NCBI GenBank assembly: GCA_963809485.1
Contig: CAWEJX010000001.1
Location: 160,001-224,000 of the forward strand
DNA: 64,000 nucleotides
Source: an uncultured Acidobacteriota bacterium
Lineage (GTDB): Bacteria > Acidobacteriota > UBA6911
Direction of reading: 5' to 3'
Shown piece after piece: positions 11,009 through 21,090 of this stretch. The notes under the pieces were generated by a model. It made no database searches and was not told the origin of the DNA. It saw nothing but the letters and a program-made list of their open reading frames with translations. The translations under genes and the position numbers were made by a program. The stretch's first letter is position 1. Each line of letters starts with the position of its first letter.

Positions 11009-12142
11009 TCAGCGCAGGCGCAGAAGGTGACGCACTGCGCCGGTCATGAGGCGGCGCCGCACACCTCCCTTCGGTTCCCAAAACATCCATAAAAGAACTC
11101 TCACGGGCCAAGGGACGGGGGCTGGACCTCGATCCGGGTGCTCCGCGGCAAGCCAACGATCCACAGCGTCCCGCGGATTCTCCCGGAGCTCGTCAAGCAT
11201 CGCGACCCGGTGAACGCACCCGATTGTGCAAAATGGCGCGCAGCTTTTTGGCGTCTGCGCCTCACGTTCGAGATCTTTTGGCGTGTATTTGGCAAGCGGA
11301 ACTCCCGGGTGACCGCGCTGCTGCGAGCACCAGTGCACCAGCCCCTCTTCACAGATATATAGGTAGCGTCCACCTGCGGGGCAGTGCCAGTTGTTAGGCA
11401 CGCCTAAGGATAAATTTGCCTGAAAAGGATTCCAGCGGGCGGCGGCGAAAGTGGAAAGCTGAAGCATTTTGATCTTTCGAAGAGCTGCCTGGTGTTCTTC
11501 GGACAACAGAAGTAGCTGTCCCTGGTTGTTGTGAGCGAGGCCGACAGTAAAGCTTAGGCCCAATTGGCTCGCGCGGCGTGCGATGAGCCATGCGTCCCCA
11601 GGATCGCCAACCGAGGCTCCGATCACGGAATTGACGTCGACTTCGAACAGAGCCCGTTCGGCGAGCATGCGAAGCTTCCCGTCCAATGCCTTGAGGCTTT
11701 TTTGCGATATCGCGTCCGGCGTCAAGTTGTCGATGCTGATTTGCAGGCGATCCAGACCTGAAGCATTCAGATCATCGATGCGCTCGGGAGTGATCAGCAG
11801 CCCGTTGGTGATCAGAGTGGCCAGGATGTTGCGGCTCCGGATATGCCTTACGATCGGATCCAGGGCAGGGTGAAGCAGCGGTTCTCCTCCGCTGATTGTG
11901 ATCATGGTTGTGCCGAGCTCCGCCAGCATGTCGATGCGGGCAACGATTTCCTCAAGGGGTATCGGAGCAGAGTGGTTGTCGAATTCGCTGCAATAGGCGC
12001 ACGATAAATTGCATCGCCGAATCGGCACAACATGGGCAAGCACGGGATGGGAAGCCGAACGCATGGCCATGGCAAAAAGCCGGGCTTCGCGGAATCTTCG
12101 CTGTACGCTGCGGGCTCTGCGCGTGAATCGAGCTTGTTTCAT
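11009..12142 (-). CDS. Radical SAM protein with SPASM/Twitch-like C-terminus
   Basis: CNLSCAYC, ISGGEPLL, LITNG, ISID; later CPAGGRYLYI...WC...C..FC..GC; RBS GGAGG. Confidence 0.9.
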   Translation of the reverse strand: MKQARFTRRARSVQRRFREARLFAMAMRSASHPVLAHVVPIRRCNLSCAYCSEFDNHSAPIPLEEIVARIDMLAELGTTMITISGGEPLLHPALDPIVRHIRSRNILATLITNGLLITPERIDDLNASGLDRLQISIDNLTPDAISQKSLKALDGKLRMLAERALFEVDVNSVIGASVGDPGDAWLIARRASQLGLSFTVGLAHNNQGQLLLLSEEHQAALRKIKMLQLSTFAAARWNPFQANLSLGVPNNWHCPAGGRYLYICEEGLVHWCSQQRGHPGVPLAKYTPKDLEREAQTPKSCAPFCTIGCVHRVAMLDELRENPRDAVDRWLAAEHPDRGPAPVPWPVRVLLWMFWEPKGGVRRRLMTGAVRHLLRLR

Positions 12143-12143
12143 G

Positions 12144-12450
12144 TCAACCTCCGCCGCGGCGGATAGATACTTTATATGTTAAATCCTTTTTTCCCGAAAG
12201 GATTGTGGCGAGCCTGTCTTCGACGTCAATTTTGAAATGCGCGGCGATGCAGGCCAGGTGAACGCCGAAGGTTCCGCACATCTCGCCAAGCGCGCTGTAA
12301 AAGGTCCAACTCGCCCAATGGCCATGACGCCGCGCATAAGGAGCGGCTTCCCGCCCCTCTGCTCCAACCCGATCCAAAAACTTCCGGCAGGCCGCGCGCA
12401 TGGCGCGGAGACTTTCCGAAAATGCAGAGCTTCCATCGAGCTTGCCTATC
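12144..12450 (-). pseudogene. C-terminal fragment of a DUF6650-like hypothetical protein
   Basis: SLRAMRAACRKFLD...ALGEM.GTFGVHLA.IAAHFKIDVED.LATIL recalled as a DUF6650 pattern; the upstream part looks unrelated. Confidence 0.45.
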
Positions 12451-12645
12451 TCTTCAGGATCCCCGCGCTGGACGCTCAACAAGTTGCTTGGTTTCAGCGT
12501 TTTGAAGCGGATGTCCCGGAAATGCTTTGGCTCGAATGTCACTTTGGCAATTAGATCTGTTGCAGCCTCGTGGCCGCAGGAGGTCTATTGCCCCCCATGT
12601 CGTTCCGGCTTCAGGCGATCGACGCCGGTCCCTATGCCGCCCAAA

Positions 12646-12956
12646 CATGCCTTCGTGCACCCTATGATCGATGCGGCGAAAACATTGCGGAATCCTCACC
12701 TCAATACCGTCCGAGGCATCCCGAACGCTCCGCTTTCTATCAGCTGTTTGAGACTCTCTTCGACAGTTACGTGCGCGCCTACGAAGAGCGCTTCGAGCCG
12801 CAATCGGGGCTCTGCGCCCGGTGGTCGTCCGTTCTGTGGAGGAGTTCCTGTCCTGCGGGCGGCTTCAAGGGGGCTTCGCGCGCATCCGCTGCACGAAATG
12901 TCGGAAGGAGCATCTGTTGGCATTTTATCGATTTTATCGATATCGATTTCCTTTCC
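12646..12956 (+). mobile_element. IS91-family transposase remnant (zinc-binding N-terminus), frameshifted and truncated
   Basis: YRPRHPERSAFYQLFE...YEERFEPQSG then VVRSVEEFLSCGRLQGGFARIRCTKCRKEHLLAF; breaks off before SCK.R..CPSC; boundaries approximate. Confidence 0.8.
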
Positions 12957-13045
12957 TCCTTTCCGATCTCCCCGCTCTGCTCTCGCACTCCAAGACAGAA
13001 ATGCCTATAATCTGTTATCGTGAAAACCACATTCAAGGAGGAGCT

Positions 13046-13912
13046 ATGATTCGGGCAATCGCGGTATTCGTACTACTCTTCAGCACTATGTCTGTTCGGG
13101 CGGAAACCGTCCTGACTCCTGCGGCAAAAGGATGTACCCGGGAAGGCCTTCAGAAGGCAGTCGACAAGTATATAGATGCCCTGAAGCAAGGGAAGCCATC
13201 CCTGATGCCCCTTACACCGCAGGCGAAGTACATCGAAAGAAGAAAGACGCTCAAGTTCGGAGAAGGCATCTGGCAAAAGCCTTTGGTTATTGATTTACAT
13301 CGCAGCATTCTCGACGTTGACATCTGTGAGACCTTCACCGAAATTATCAGCGCCAACAATAACCCTCAGTATGTCACCGGGACCCGTCTGAAAATTGAAG
13401 ATGGCAAGATTGCTGAGGTTGAAAGCCTCGTCAGCGATAAAAATGACTGGCTTTTCAATGCTGACGACTTTCTGAAGTACTCGTCAATAGAGAATTGGGA
13501 CCTGCTTCCTCCTGAGAAGCGCACTGATCGACAGACCCTAATCAAAGTCGCGAGCGACTACTTCGACATATTTCAGGATTATTCTGCCTTTTCAAAGGTG
13601 CCCTGGGGTATCCCCTGCGTCCGTATTGAGGGTGGAAGGTATATGAATCCCAATAACGACCCTAATCCCACCTGCACCTATGGGGTTCCTAAGGGTGGCG
13701 GTGTCCCAATGACTAACCGGCGCTATATCGTTGATGTCGATCTGGGAACAGTCGTAGGTCAAGTGGATTTTGGTGGAAGCGGACCAAAAGGGTTGTTTGA
13801 CGAGCACATGTTCCGGTTGGAAAACGGGAAACTTCGTTATGTTCACGTAATAACTTTGTGCCCCAATGGATGTCCCAAGATTCCTTCATCGAAAATAGCC
13901 CCGCCCCAATAG
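13046..13912 (+). CDS. Secreted hypothetical protein
   Basis: RBS AAGGAGG, signal peptide MIRAIAVFVLLFSTMSVRA, intact 288 aa; visibly lower GC than the backbone. Confidence 0.75.
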   Translation: MIRAIAVFVLLFSTMSVRAETVLTPAAKGCTREGLQKAVDKYIDALKQGKPSLMPLTPQAKYIERRKTLKFGEGIWQKPLVIDLHRSILDVDICETFTEIISANNNPQYVTGTRLKIEDGKIAEVESLVSDKNDWLFNADDFLKYSSIENWDLLPPEKRTDRQTLIKVASDYFDIFQDYSAFSKVPWGIPCVRIEGGRYMNPNNDPNPTCTYGVPKGGGVPMTNRRYIVDVDLGTVVGQVDFGGSGPKGLFDEHMFRLENGKLRYVHVITLCPNGCPKIPSSKIAPPQ

Positions 13913-13945
13913 CTATTTTTCGGTCGGCAGACGAAAACCGATTCA

Positions 13946-13976
13946 CTGAGTCTTCGAGTTCAACTCGAGGACTCAG
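13946..13976. terminator. Strong hairpin downstream of the secreted-protein gene
   Basis: CTGAGTCTTCGAGTT-C-AACTCGAGGACTCAG; no clear U-tract. Confidence 0.4.
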
Positions 13977-14272
13977 CTGCCTCATTGCGACTCCTTTGGG
14001 GAGATGAACCAGCCTTTGAATTCCGGTGCGGCTACAACTTCTCTCTTACAACCCTGAGCTCCGTGCTGTTGCCCTTCATGGCAATCGAGACTTTCGGAAA
14101 GAGTTACAGGCTAGACCAACAGGAATTAGCGGTTCATGGGAGATAATTGAGCTGCCGCTTTGGCGCATCTCTTGCCATAGAGCTGCATTTTTTCTTTTGT
14201 CATCCTGAATGCGGGCCCCACTATTGACAAAGCCCCCATTACCCGCTCTTCCGAATCAAACAATGGTGCCGA

Positions 14273-14301
14273 AACCGCCAACCGCTAACCGCTAACCACT
14301 G
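14273..14301 (-). repeat. Heptamer tandem repeat overlapping the selA stop
   Basis: Minus strand reads CA-GTGGTTA-GCGGTTA-GCGGTTG-GCGGTT. Confidence 0.7.
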
Positions 14302-15697
14302 CATTGCAGAGGCCCTCGATGAGGGCGGATTCCTGTTCCGGGAACACTGTCCGCAGATCCACGAGAAGCTTGTCTTCCTCCAGCCTGAGAATTATGGGCG
14401 TCCCTTGAGCGCGCAGCTTTAACTCGACTGCATTCGGGCTCAGGAGGCCGGGCTCGAGAGCTATCAGCATTGTGGGAAGTTCGCAATCGGGACACGATCC
14501 GCCGCCCACAACCGAGTTTCCTTTCAACAGATGAGCCTTTACTTCCTTGGGCAGCCGTGTCCGCAACCTGCGGGTAAACCGGCGCGCCCGCCTGCCCAGA
14601 TCCGCTTCAGTTGCCGCAATCATCCGCAGGATGGGGATTTCCTTTTCCGCTCTCCCAAATCTGTAGCTGTTGATCGTGGCCTCCAGCGCTCCGTAGATGA
14701 GCTTCTCAACCCTGTAAGTGCGCATGAGAGGATTCTTGCGAATGGGGTCTACCAGCCTTTTCGCTCCCGCGATGATTCCAGCCTGGGGTCCGCCCAGAAG
14801 TTTGTCTCCGCTGAAGCAGACCAGGTCCACTCCGGAGTCGAAGCTTTCCTTTATCAGCGGCTCGCCGTCGATTCCATAGGGCCGCAGATCCACCAGACAG
14901 CCGCTTCCGATATCTTCCACCAGCGGGATATTGGATTTGCGCGCAAGGCCGGCCAGTTCGTGCAGTTCGGGTCTTTCCGTAAATCCCCGCATTCTAAAAT
15001 TGCTCGGGTGTACCCGGAGCAGCAGAGCCGTGTTCGGGCCGATGGCATTCTGATAATCCTGAACCCGTGATTTATTGGTCGTGCCGATCTCGCGCAGGAT
15101 CGCTCCGCTGCGCGCAAGAATATCCGGAATGCGGAACGAACCGCCGATCTCGACCAGTTCTCCGCGGGATACTACCACCTCTCTTCCTGCAGCCAGGGTA
15201 TTCAGGATTAGAAACACGGCTGCCGCGTTGTTGTTGACAACGATTGCAGCCTCACAACCCAGCACCTCTCCCAGCAAGGGCTCCAGCAGTTTGTCCCGGT
15301 GGGATCTGCGTCCCGTATCAACATCATATTCCAGGTTGGTGTAAAAGGCGGAAAATGCCGATAAACTCTCTTGGGCGGCATCGGAAAGGGGCGCCCGGCC
15401 CAGATTGGTATGCAAAATGACGCCGGTTGCATTAATGACGGTGCGCAGGTTGGGAAGCAGGCGTTGCTGAAGCTTCCGGTCCAGCGCCTGATCCAGCCGT
15501 TCCGGGTCGATATCCCTTTCCGGATCGGCCCGGCCGGACCGGATTCCGTCCCGGATCTCCTGGAGGAGTTTCTGGATTTCGGAAACAACGAATTCGCGGC
15601 TGGTGCGCTTCACCCAGGAGGCCACCGAAGGCCGCAACAGAAGTTGGTCTACTGCCGGAATTTTCCGGAGGCTATCTTGTTGAGGGGCTGTGTCCAT
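14285..15697 (-). CDS. selA: L-seryl-tRNA(Sec) selenium transferase
   Basis: VINATGVILHTNLGRAPL, VNNNAAAV, SRGELVEIGGSFRIP, FSGDKLLGGPQAGII. Confidence 0.97.
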   Translation of the reverse strand: MDTAPQQDSLRKIPAVDQLLLRPSVASWVKRTSREFVVSEIQKLLQEIRDGIRSGRADPERDIDPERLDQALDRKLQQRLLPNLRTVINATGVILHTNLGRAPLSDAAQESLSAFSAFYTNLEYDVDTGRRSHRDKLLEPLLGEVLGCEAAIVVNNNAAAVFLILNTLAAGREVVVSRGELVEIGGSFRIPDILARSGAILREIGTTNKSRVQDYQNAIGPNTALLLRVHPSNFRMRGFTERPELHELAGLARKSNIPLVEDIGSGCLVDLRPYGIDGEPLIKESFDSGVDLVCFSGDKLLGGPQAGIIAGAKRLVDPIRKNPLMRTYRVEKLIYGALEATINSYRFGRAEKEIPILRMIAATEADLGRRARRFTRRLRTRLPKEVKAHLLKGNSVVGGGSCPDCELPTMLIALEPGLLSPNAVELKLRAQGTPIILRLEEDKLLVDLRTVFPEQESALIEGLCNAVVSG

Positions 15698-15813
15698 CGG
15701 GTTATTTCAACACAGCCTGATGAAGACTGTCAATTGGCGTTTGATTGCCCGGGCTCAACGGCTGATCGGCAGCCGCAATCAAAGCCCCAATCATTATCGA
15801 AGGCAGGGACACT

Positions 15814-16380
15814 GTGTACGACGAAGATCTCGCGAACCTTGAGGAATGGCTCCGCCGCCTGAAGATCGAGTACCATATCTTTTTTTCAGGCAACCGGAAG
15901 AAGCCCCCGGACGACCTCAAGCTTCGGGTGGAGAAACTTGTGAAGAAGCTGTCCGAGTGTTCGGACATGTCCCCTTCCCAGCGTTTTCGGTTCACCACGC
16001 TCATCACACGGTTTTATGTCTACCGGGATCTCTGGAGGCGTACGCTGCAGGAAAAAGAAATGGGGACGCACGCAACGGCAAAAACCGCCCCAGAAGCTCC
16101 GGGCCGCTCTTCGTCCGACATATCCCGGGCGGATGCCCTTCGCATCTCCCTCACAAATCCTGAGGCGGAGGGGGAAAAGGTTCAGGAGCTTTATCGCGCC
16201 CTTGTACACCTCAAACAGCCGGGCGGGAATGAAAAGCCGATCTCGTACGAGCAGTTTGCGCGCTATATTGCCGCACAGACTCAAGGCATCCGCAAAAAAT
16301 ACGGATGCCACGCTGTCGCATTCACCATTGCGCTGGAAAATGACTCTGTACGGTTTACTGCTGCTGCAGATAAATCCTAG
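15814..16380 (+). CDS. MXAN_5187 C-terminal-domain-like hypothetical protein
   Basis: [29 protein letters not shown] and C-terminal KYGC.AV.F. Confidence 0.6.
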   Translation: MYDEDLANLEEWLRRLKIEYHIFFSGNRKKPPDDLKLRVEKLVKKLSECSDMSPSQRFRFTTLITRFYVYRDLWRRTLQEKEMGTHATAKTAPEAPGRSSSDISRADALRISLTNPEAEGEKVQELYRALVHLKQPGGNEKPISYEQFARYIAAQTQGIRKKYGCHAVAFTIALENDSVRFTAAADKS

Positions 16381-16607
16381 GCCTCGGCCTGCCGTTGAGG
16401 TTCAAGCCTTACCACATGTTCAGCCTGCGGGCCGCGCGGTCCCGCCTTAACGTCAAACTCGACCTGCTCGCCTTCGCGAAGTGTTCGATATCCCTTTTCC
16501 TGGATCGAGCTGTAGTGAACGAAAACATCTGTTCCCGCAGGTTGGGATATGAATCCGTACCCTTTGGTATTGTTGAACCACTTCACGGTGCCGGTAATTC
16601 TACTCAT
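16377..16607 (-). CDS. cspA: Cold-shock protein
   Basis: [32 protein letters not shown]. Confidence 0.93.
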   Translation of the reverse strand: MSRITGTVKWFNNTKGYGFISQPAGTDVFVHYSSIQEKGYRTLREGEQVEFDVKAGPRGPQAEHVVRLEPQRQAEA

Positions 16608-16904
16608 ATACATTCCCCTTACAATACTTGAACACCCGCCGCATTGTCGCTCCGAAAGCCTGATATGCCGGGCTCAGGGCATGCGCAATGTAAGCTTTTT
16701 ATGCTGATTTAGATATTTTGAAAGTAGCCTAGACGAGCGGATTTGCGCTTGTCAAGCATAAAATAATCGTTCATGGTTCCTATTTGCTATAGCACCGGTA
16801 CTTAGCGAGCCGTCATCGGGCCAATAAAACGCTCAGCCGCCTGCTGATTTCTTGAAATACAATGCGTATACTATTTTTTGATGCATTGCCCCGGGAGGTG
16901 ATCC

Positions 16905-18470
16905 ATGGTTTCGATACATCGAGCTCTGATAAGCGTTTCCGATAAGACCGGCTTATCAGAATTGGCGCAGTTTCTTCATAACATGGGAGTGCAGCTGATA
17001 TCAACCGGAGGAACGGCAACCTTCCTGCGGCAGCAAAAAATACCTGTGCTGGATGTCTCGGACTATACCGGATTCCCTGAGATCCTGGACGGCAGGGTGA
17101 AGACGCTGCATCCGAAGATCCACGGCGGCCTGCTGGCGATAAGAGATAAACCTTCCCATCAGGCTCAGATGCAGGCACAGGATATCCAGGCTATAGACAT
17201 GGTGATCGTCAATCTCTATCCGTTCCGCGAGACGGCGGCGCGTGAAGGCGTTTCGCATGCCGATGTGGTGGAGCAGATCGACATCGGCGGCCCCAGCATG
17301 GTTCGGTCGGCAGCCAAAAACCATGCCGGCGTCGCCGTTGTTACGGATCCGCGCGATTACGGCTGGATTATGGAAGAGATGAGAGACCGGGACGGTGCGC
17401 TGAGCGAGACCACCCGTTTTGTCCTGGCTCAAAAAGCCTTCGCCTCGACGGCTTCTTACGACAGCGCCATATCCGCCTATCTCGCCGAAAGAGTCTGGTG
17501 TCCCGAAGGACCCCAGAAGCAATCCGGAGCCTTGCCTTCTCTGGAAGTGCTGCCGCTGGAAAAGATCAGCGACCTGCGCTATGGCGAGAATCCTCACCAG
17601 CGCGCGGCGTTGTATCGCAGAATTTCTGAACCCTCCTTCGGCGTGGCGGGCGCGGAGTTTCTGCACGGGAAAGAACTGAGCTACAACAATCTCCTGGATT
17701 CCGACAGCGCCTGGAACCTGGTGCTGGAGTTCGACAAACCCGCCGCAGCCGTTATCAAACACACAAATCCCTGCGGCGTGGCGCAATCGGATGCGCTGGC
17801 TGAAGCCTATGCCCTGGCGCGGGACTGCGACCCCGTCTCGGCATTCGGGTCCGTCGTTGCTCTGAATCGTTCCGTCGACGCGGATACTGCGACGGAAATC
17901 AACAAAACCTTCGTGGAGGTGATTCTCGCACCGGATTTTTCGCAGGGCGCGCTTGCCGTTTTGGAGCAGAAAAAAAACATACGCCTGTTGCGCGTCAACC
18001 TGGATGCACCTTCGGCGCTTCAGCACCGCCAGATCGGCGGAGGCTTCCTGGTCCAGGACAAGGACGTGCACTACCTGCGGCCCGAGGACATAAAAACCGT
18101 GACCAGGCGCGCTCCTACGCCCGAGGAAATGGAAGCTCTGCTGTTTGGGTGGCGCGTGGTAAAACACGTAAAATCCAATGCCATTGTTTTCTCCAGCGCC
18201 TCGCGATTGCTTGGCATCGGCGCCGGCCAGACCAGCCGCGTGGATGCCGTGAAATGGGGCGCGATGAAAGCAACTCTTCCCCTGCAGGGTTGCGCGATGG
18301 CCTCAGATGCCTTTTTCCCATTTGCCGATGGGATATTGATTGCCACGAACTATGGAATACGCGCGATCATTCAGCCAGGCGGTTCAGTGCGCGACGCGGA
18401 AGCTATCGATGCGGCCAACGAACATGACATCGCCATGGTCTTTACCGGAATTCGACATTTCAAGCATTGA
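16905..18470 (+). CDS. purH: Bifunctional AICAR transformylase/IMP cyclohydrolase
   Basis: [47 protein letters not shown]; RBS GGAGG. Confidence 0.98.
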   Translation: MVSIHRALISVSDKTGLSELAQFLHNMGVQLISTGGTATFLRQQKIPVLDVSDYTGFPEILDGRVKTLHPKIHGGLLAIRDKPSHQAQMQAQDIQAIDMVIVNLYPFRETAAREGVSHADVVEQIDIGGPSMVRSAAKNHAGVAVVTDPRDYGWIMEEMRDRDGALSETTRFVLAQKAFASTASYDSAISAYLAERVWCPEGPQKQSGALPSLEVLPLEKISDLRYGENPHQRAALYRRISEPSFGVAGAEFLHGKELSYNNLLDSDSAWNLVLEFDKPAAAVIKHTNPCGVAQSDALAEAYALARDCDPVSAFGSVVALNRSVDADTATEINKTFVEVILAPDFSQGALAVLEQKKNIRLLRVNLDAPSALQHRQIGGGFLVQDKDVHYLRPEDIKTVTRRAPTPEEMEALLFGWRVVKHVKSNAIVFSSASRLLGIGAGQTSRVDAVKWGAMKATLPLQGCAMASDAFFPFADGILIATNYGIRAIIQPGGSVRDAEAIDAANEHDIAMVFTGIRHFKH

Positions 18471-18520
18471 TGCGGCAATGAGTTGCGCAGACGGACAATC
18501 GGCCAAAAGCTTCACCTCGG

Positions 18521-18811
18521 ATGAACCGCCAGATGGGAAATGAATCCTCGGCAAATCTGCGGCATCCCGAATCCCCGCAAAATCCTCCCAAGCCCGGAGG
18601 TTTCCTGCGCTCGAGGCTGGCGGCTTTCTATCAGCGGCATGAGAGATATGCCGGAATAGCGGTTTTCGGTCTGGGCTTTCTCTGGGATTCGCTGACCCTG
18701 ACACGCGTCGAAGGCAAACCGAGGGGGGGGCGGGTCCTGGGCCGGATCGATTTCACAGTCATTGCCGGCTCGAGCCCCCATCCGCCGCTTGTGACGGGAC
18801 TGATCCGCTGA
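18521..18811 (+). pseudogene. N-terminal fragment of a DUF2914-like membrane protein
   Basis: FYQRHERY...FGLGFLWDSLTLTRVE recalled as a DUF2914 N-terminus; similarity ends abruptly near a G-run at ~18723. Confidence 0.45.
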
Positions 18812-18945
18812 AAACAAAACCGATACCGCGAGGCGTCCGATTGCGGCAAATCCGGGGCGTCCGCCAATAGATAAAAAGGGCAAAAAAGAGGTTTGTTTGA
18901 TCACCGGCAGCCGGGTGTGCCACAATCATCCGGCACTTTAAAATT

Positions 18946-19680
18946 ATGAACTATTACAACTATTTCACGGAGATCGAGGATCATTTTGTGAAGAGGCGCG
19001 GGAAGCATCTGCTTCTCTCTCCCATGGACTGGGGATTGATTGCCTCCTGGCGTGATGCGGGTGTCCCCCTGCAGGTCGCACTTCGCGGCATCGATATCGC
19101 CATGGATAGCTTCATGGCGCGGCAAAGGCGCGGCAGCGCGAAAGTAAACAGCCTCTGTTATTGCCACGACAGCGTCATGTCGGAATTCGCCAGCTACGCC
19201 GAAGCTCACGTAGGGGAACACGTACCGGACACGCAAACCGATTCCGGAGATGAGCCAGCCGGGTCCGAGGCAAAAGATGAATCCCTCAAGAACGAGGTTT
19301 TGGGCCTGGTAGCCGCAAGAATCAGTGAAATAAAGGCGCTTTCCGCGAAACATACATTGAGCAGCCCGGTACCCGAAAGCATGGATCGGGTGCTGGCAAG
19401 GCTTGAGGAGATAATGCAGAGTCTGGAAGCAGAAAGCCGTGTCGACTCCGAATCCGTCGAAAGGGATCTTGGCATGGTCGACCGGCTTCTGATGGAAGGG
19501 CTCGGTGCGGCCGTGCCGCCCGAGGAGATGGTCGATTGGGAAAAAGAAGCCAAAAAGCAGCTAAAAATTTACAGGAAGAGGCTGCCCAAGGAAACCTATG
19601 AAAAGATCCTTGCGAATTTCATGCACAGCAAAATCCACAGCAAGTTCGGCATTGGCGAATTGAGCCTATTTCGCCTGTGA
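18946..19680 (+). CDS. Conserved hypothetical protein
   Basis: NYYNYFTEIEDHFVKRRG..LLSPMDWGLI.SW..GVPL.VALRGID; intact 244 aa. Confidence 0.7.
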   Translation: MNYYNYFTEIEDHFVKRRGKHLLLSPMDWGLIASWRDAGVPLQVALRGIDIAMDSFMARQRRGSAKVNSLCYCHDSVMSEFASYAEAHVGEHVPDTQTDSGDEPAGSEAKDESLKNEVLGLVAARISEIKALSAKHTLSSPVPESMDRVLARLEEIMQSLEAESRVDSESVERDLGMVDRLLMEGLGAAVPPEEMVDWEKEAKKQLKIYRKRLPKETYEKILANFMHSKIHSKFGIGELSLFRL

Positions 19681-19771
19681 GCCGAGGGTTAGCCTTCCTC
19701 AAGGAATTTTTCTGCGAGCCGGTGCCATGACGGAAAGCCAATGAGCAATCGGAGAATAGGATCAAGGACCT

Positions 19772-21025
19772 ATGAATAGGCCTGAAAGGGCAGTCAAGAC
19801 CTTCAAGACCAAGGTTGAGAAGCTCGTTTACGGGGGGGCGGGGCTGGGGCACTATCTTGGGAAAGTGGTTTTTGTGCCGTATTCCGTCCCCGGGGACCGG
19901 CTGCTTGTGCGTCCGGTCGAGATAAAGAAGACCTTCATCCGCGCTGAAATAGTCAGGATTTTGGAAGCTGGGAGCGGACGGGTGGCTCCTCCGTGCCCGC
20001 ATTTCGGAAAATGCGGCGGATGTCATTGGCAGCAATTGGAATACATGCGCCAGGTCGAGGCTAAGCGCATGATCCTTGAGGAAATATTCCGGCACCGGTT
20101 CCCGCAGTCGAGCGGCCTGGCGATCACCATGACCGCATGTACGCATCCTTTTGAGTACAGATCCAGGGCGCGCATCCAGGTGCGGGGGTGCGGAGCAGGG
20201 GCGAAGGTTGGATTTTTCCGGCAGGGGTCCCACGCCGTCGAGGACATCGAGAGTTGCCCTCTGTTTAGGCCTTCGCTGAACGAGGCCCTGGGTTCGCTGC
20301 GCCAGTTCAAGCTGAAGGTTGATACGGATTCTGCTGCCCAGGAAATGGATATAGCCTGTTCCGAAGAGGAAAATTCCTGGGCCACAGCCAGGTTGGGATC
20401 CAACCTCAACCAGGGAGTTTCAACTTTGATCGGGCCCGGAAGGAATGAAGAGGTCCTTCTGCGAAGAAGTATCGGTGAATTCAGGTATGCCGTAACGGCT
20501 TCCGTATTCTTCCAGGCCAACGATTTCATGGTCCACGAACTGTCGGCGCTGGTTCGAAAGGCTGCCCGAGGCGCCGGCCATGGAACTGCTCTTGAGTTCT
20601 TCGCCGGTGCAGGTCTCTTCTCCTTGCCTTTGGCCCGTCAGTTCAGCAAGGTCCTGGCGGTTGATAATTCTCCCTCCGCATGCCGGCTCTGCTCTGCCAA
20701 TGCCTCCGCGGCCGGGCTCGACCATATTCAGGCCATTTGCGCCGACATATCCGAATGGATGAAATCCGAAGAGTCTTTCTCACTGCCCGAAGTGGATCTT
20801 GTTGTGCTGGATCCGCCGCGCACCGGAGCCGGTGTGGTAGTTATGGAGCGGATCCAAAAGTGGGCTCCCAAAATCATCATCTACGTATCCTGCGACCCTC
20901 AGACTCTCGCCAGGGATCTTGCCGGGCTTTCCGGCCGCAACTACAGAATAGACCTCGTACAGGGGCTCGACATGTTCCCCCAGACCTATCATTTCGAAAC
21001 GGTTGTGCGCCTGGTCAAAGCATAG
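19772..21025 (+). CDS. rlmD: RlmD/TrmA-family RNA (uracil-5)-methyltransferase
   Basis: TRAM domain, CPHFGKCGGC iron-sulfur motif, FFQAN, LDPPRTG, YVSCDP, DMFPQTYHFE. Confidence 0.88.
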   Translation: MNRPERAVKTFKTKVEKLVYGGAGLGHYLGKVVFVPYSVPGDRLLVRPVEIKKTFIRAEIVRILEAGSGRVAPPCPHFGKCGGCHWQQLEYMRQVEAKRMILEEIFRHRFPQSSGLAITMTACTHPFEYRSRARIQVRGCGAGAKVGFFRQGSHAVEDIESCPLFRPSLNEALGSLRQFKLKVDTDSAAQEMDIACSEEENSWATARLGSNLNQGVSTLIGPGRNEEVLLRRSIGEFRYAVTASVFFQANDFMVHELSALVRKAARGAGHGTALEFFAGAGLFSLPLARQFSKVLAVDNSPSACRLCSANASAAGLDHIQAICADISEWMKSEESFSLPEVDLVVLDPPRTGAGVVVMERIQKWAPKIIIYVSCDPQTLARDLAGLSGRNYRIDLVQGLDMFPQTYHFETVVRLVKA

Positions 21026-21090
21026 GCATCTGCGATTGAAGCTCGGAAGATCTCTTCGGGTGATAACCGGAAGCGACCCGGATGTAAGTC

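Noticed and set aside
12821-13912. 363-aa transposase/secreted protein fusion from the ORF track
   Set aside because: A chance in-frame read-through; a strong RBS and signal peptide define the real start at 13046.
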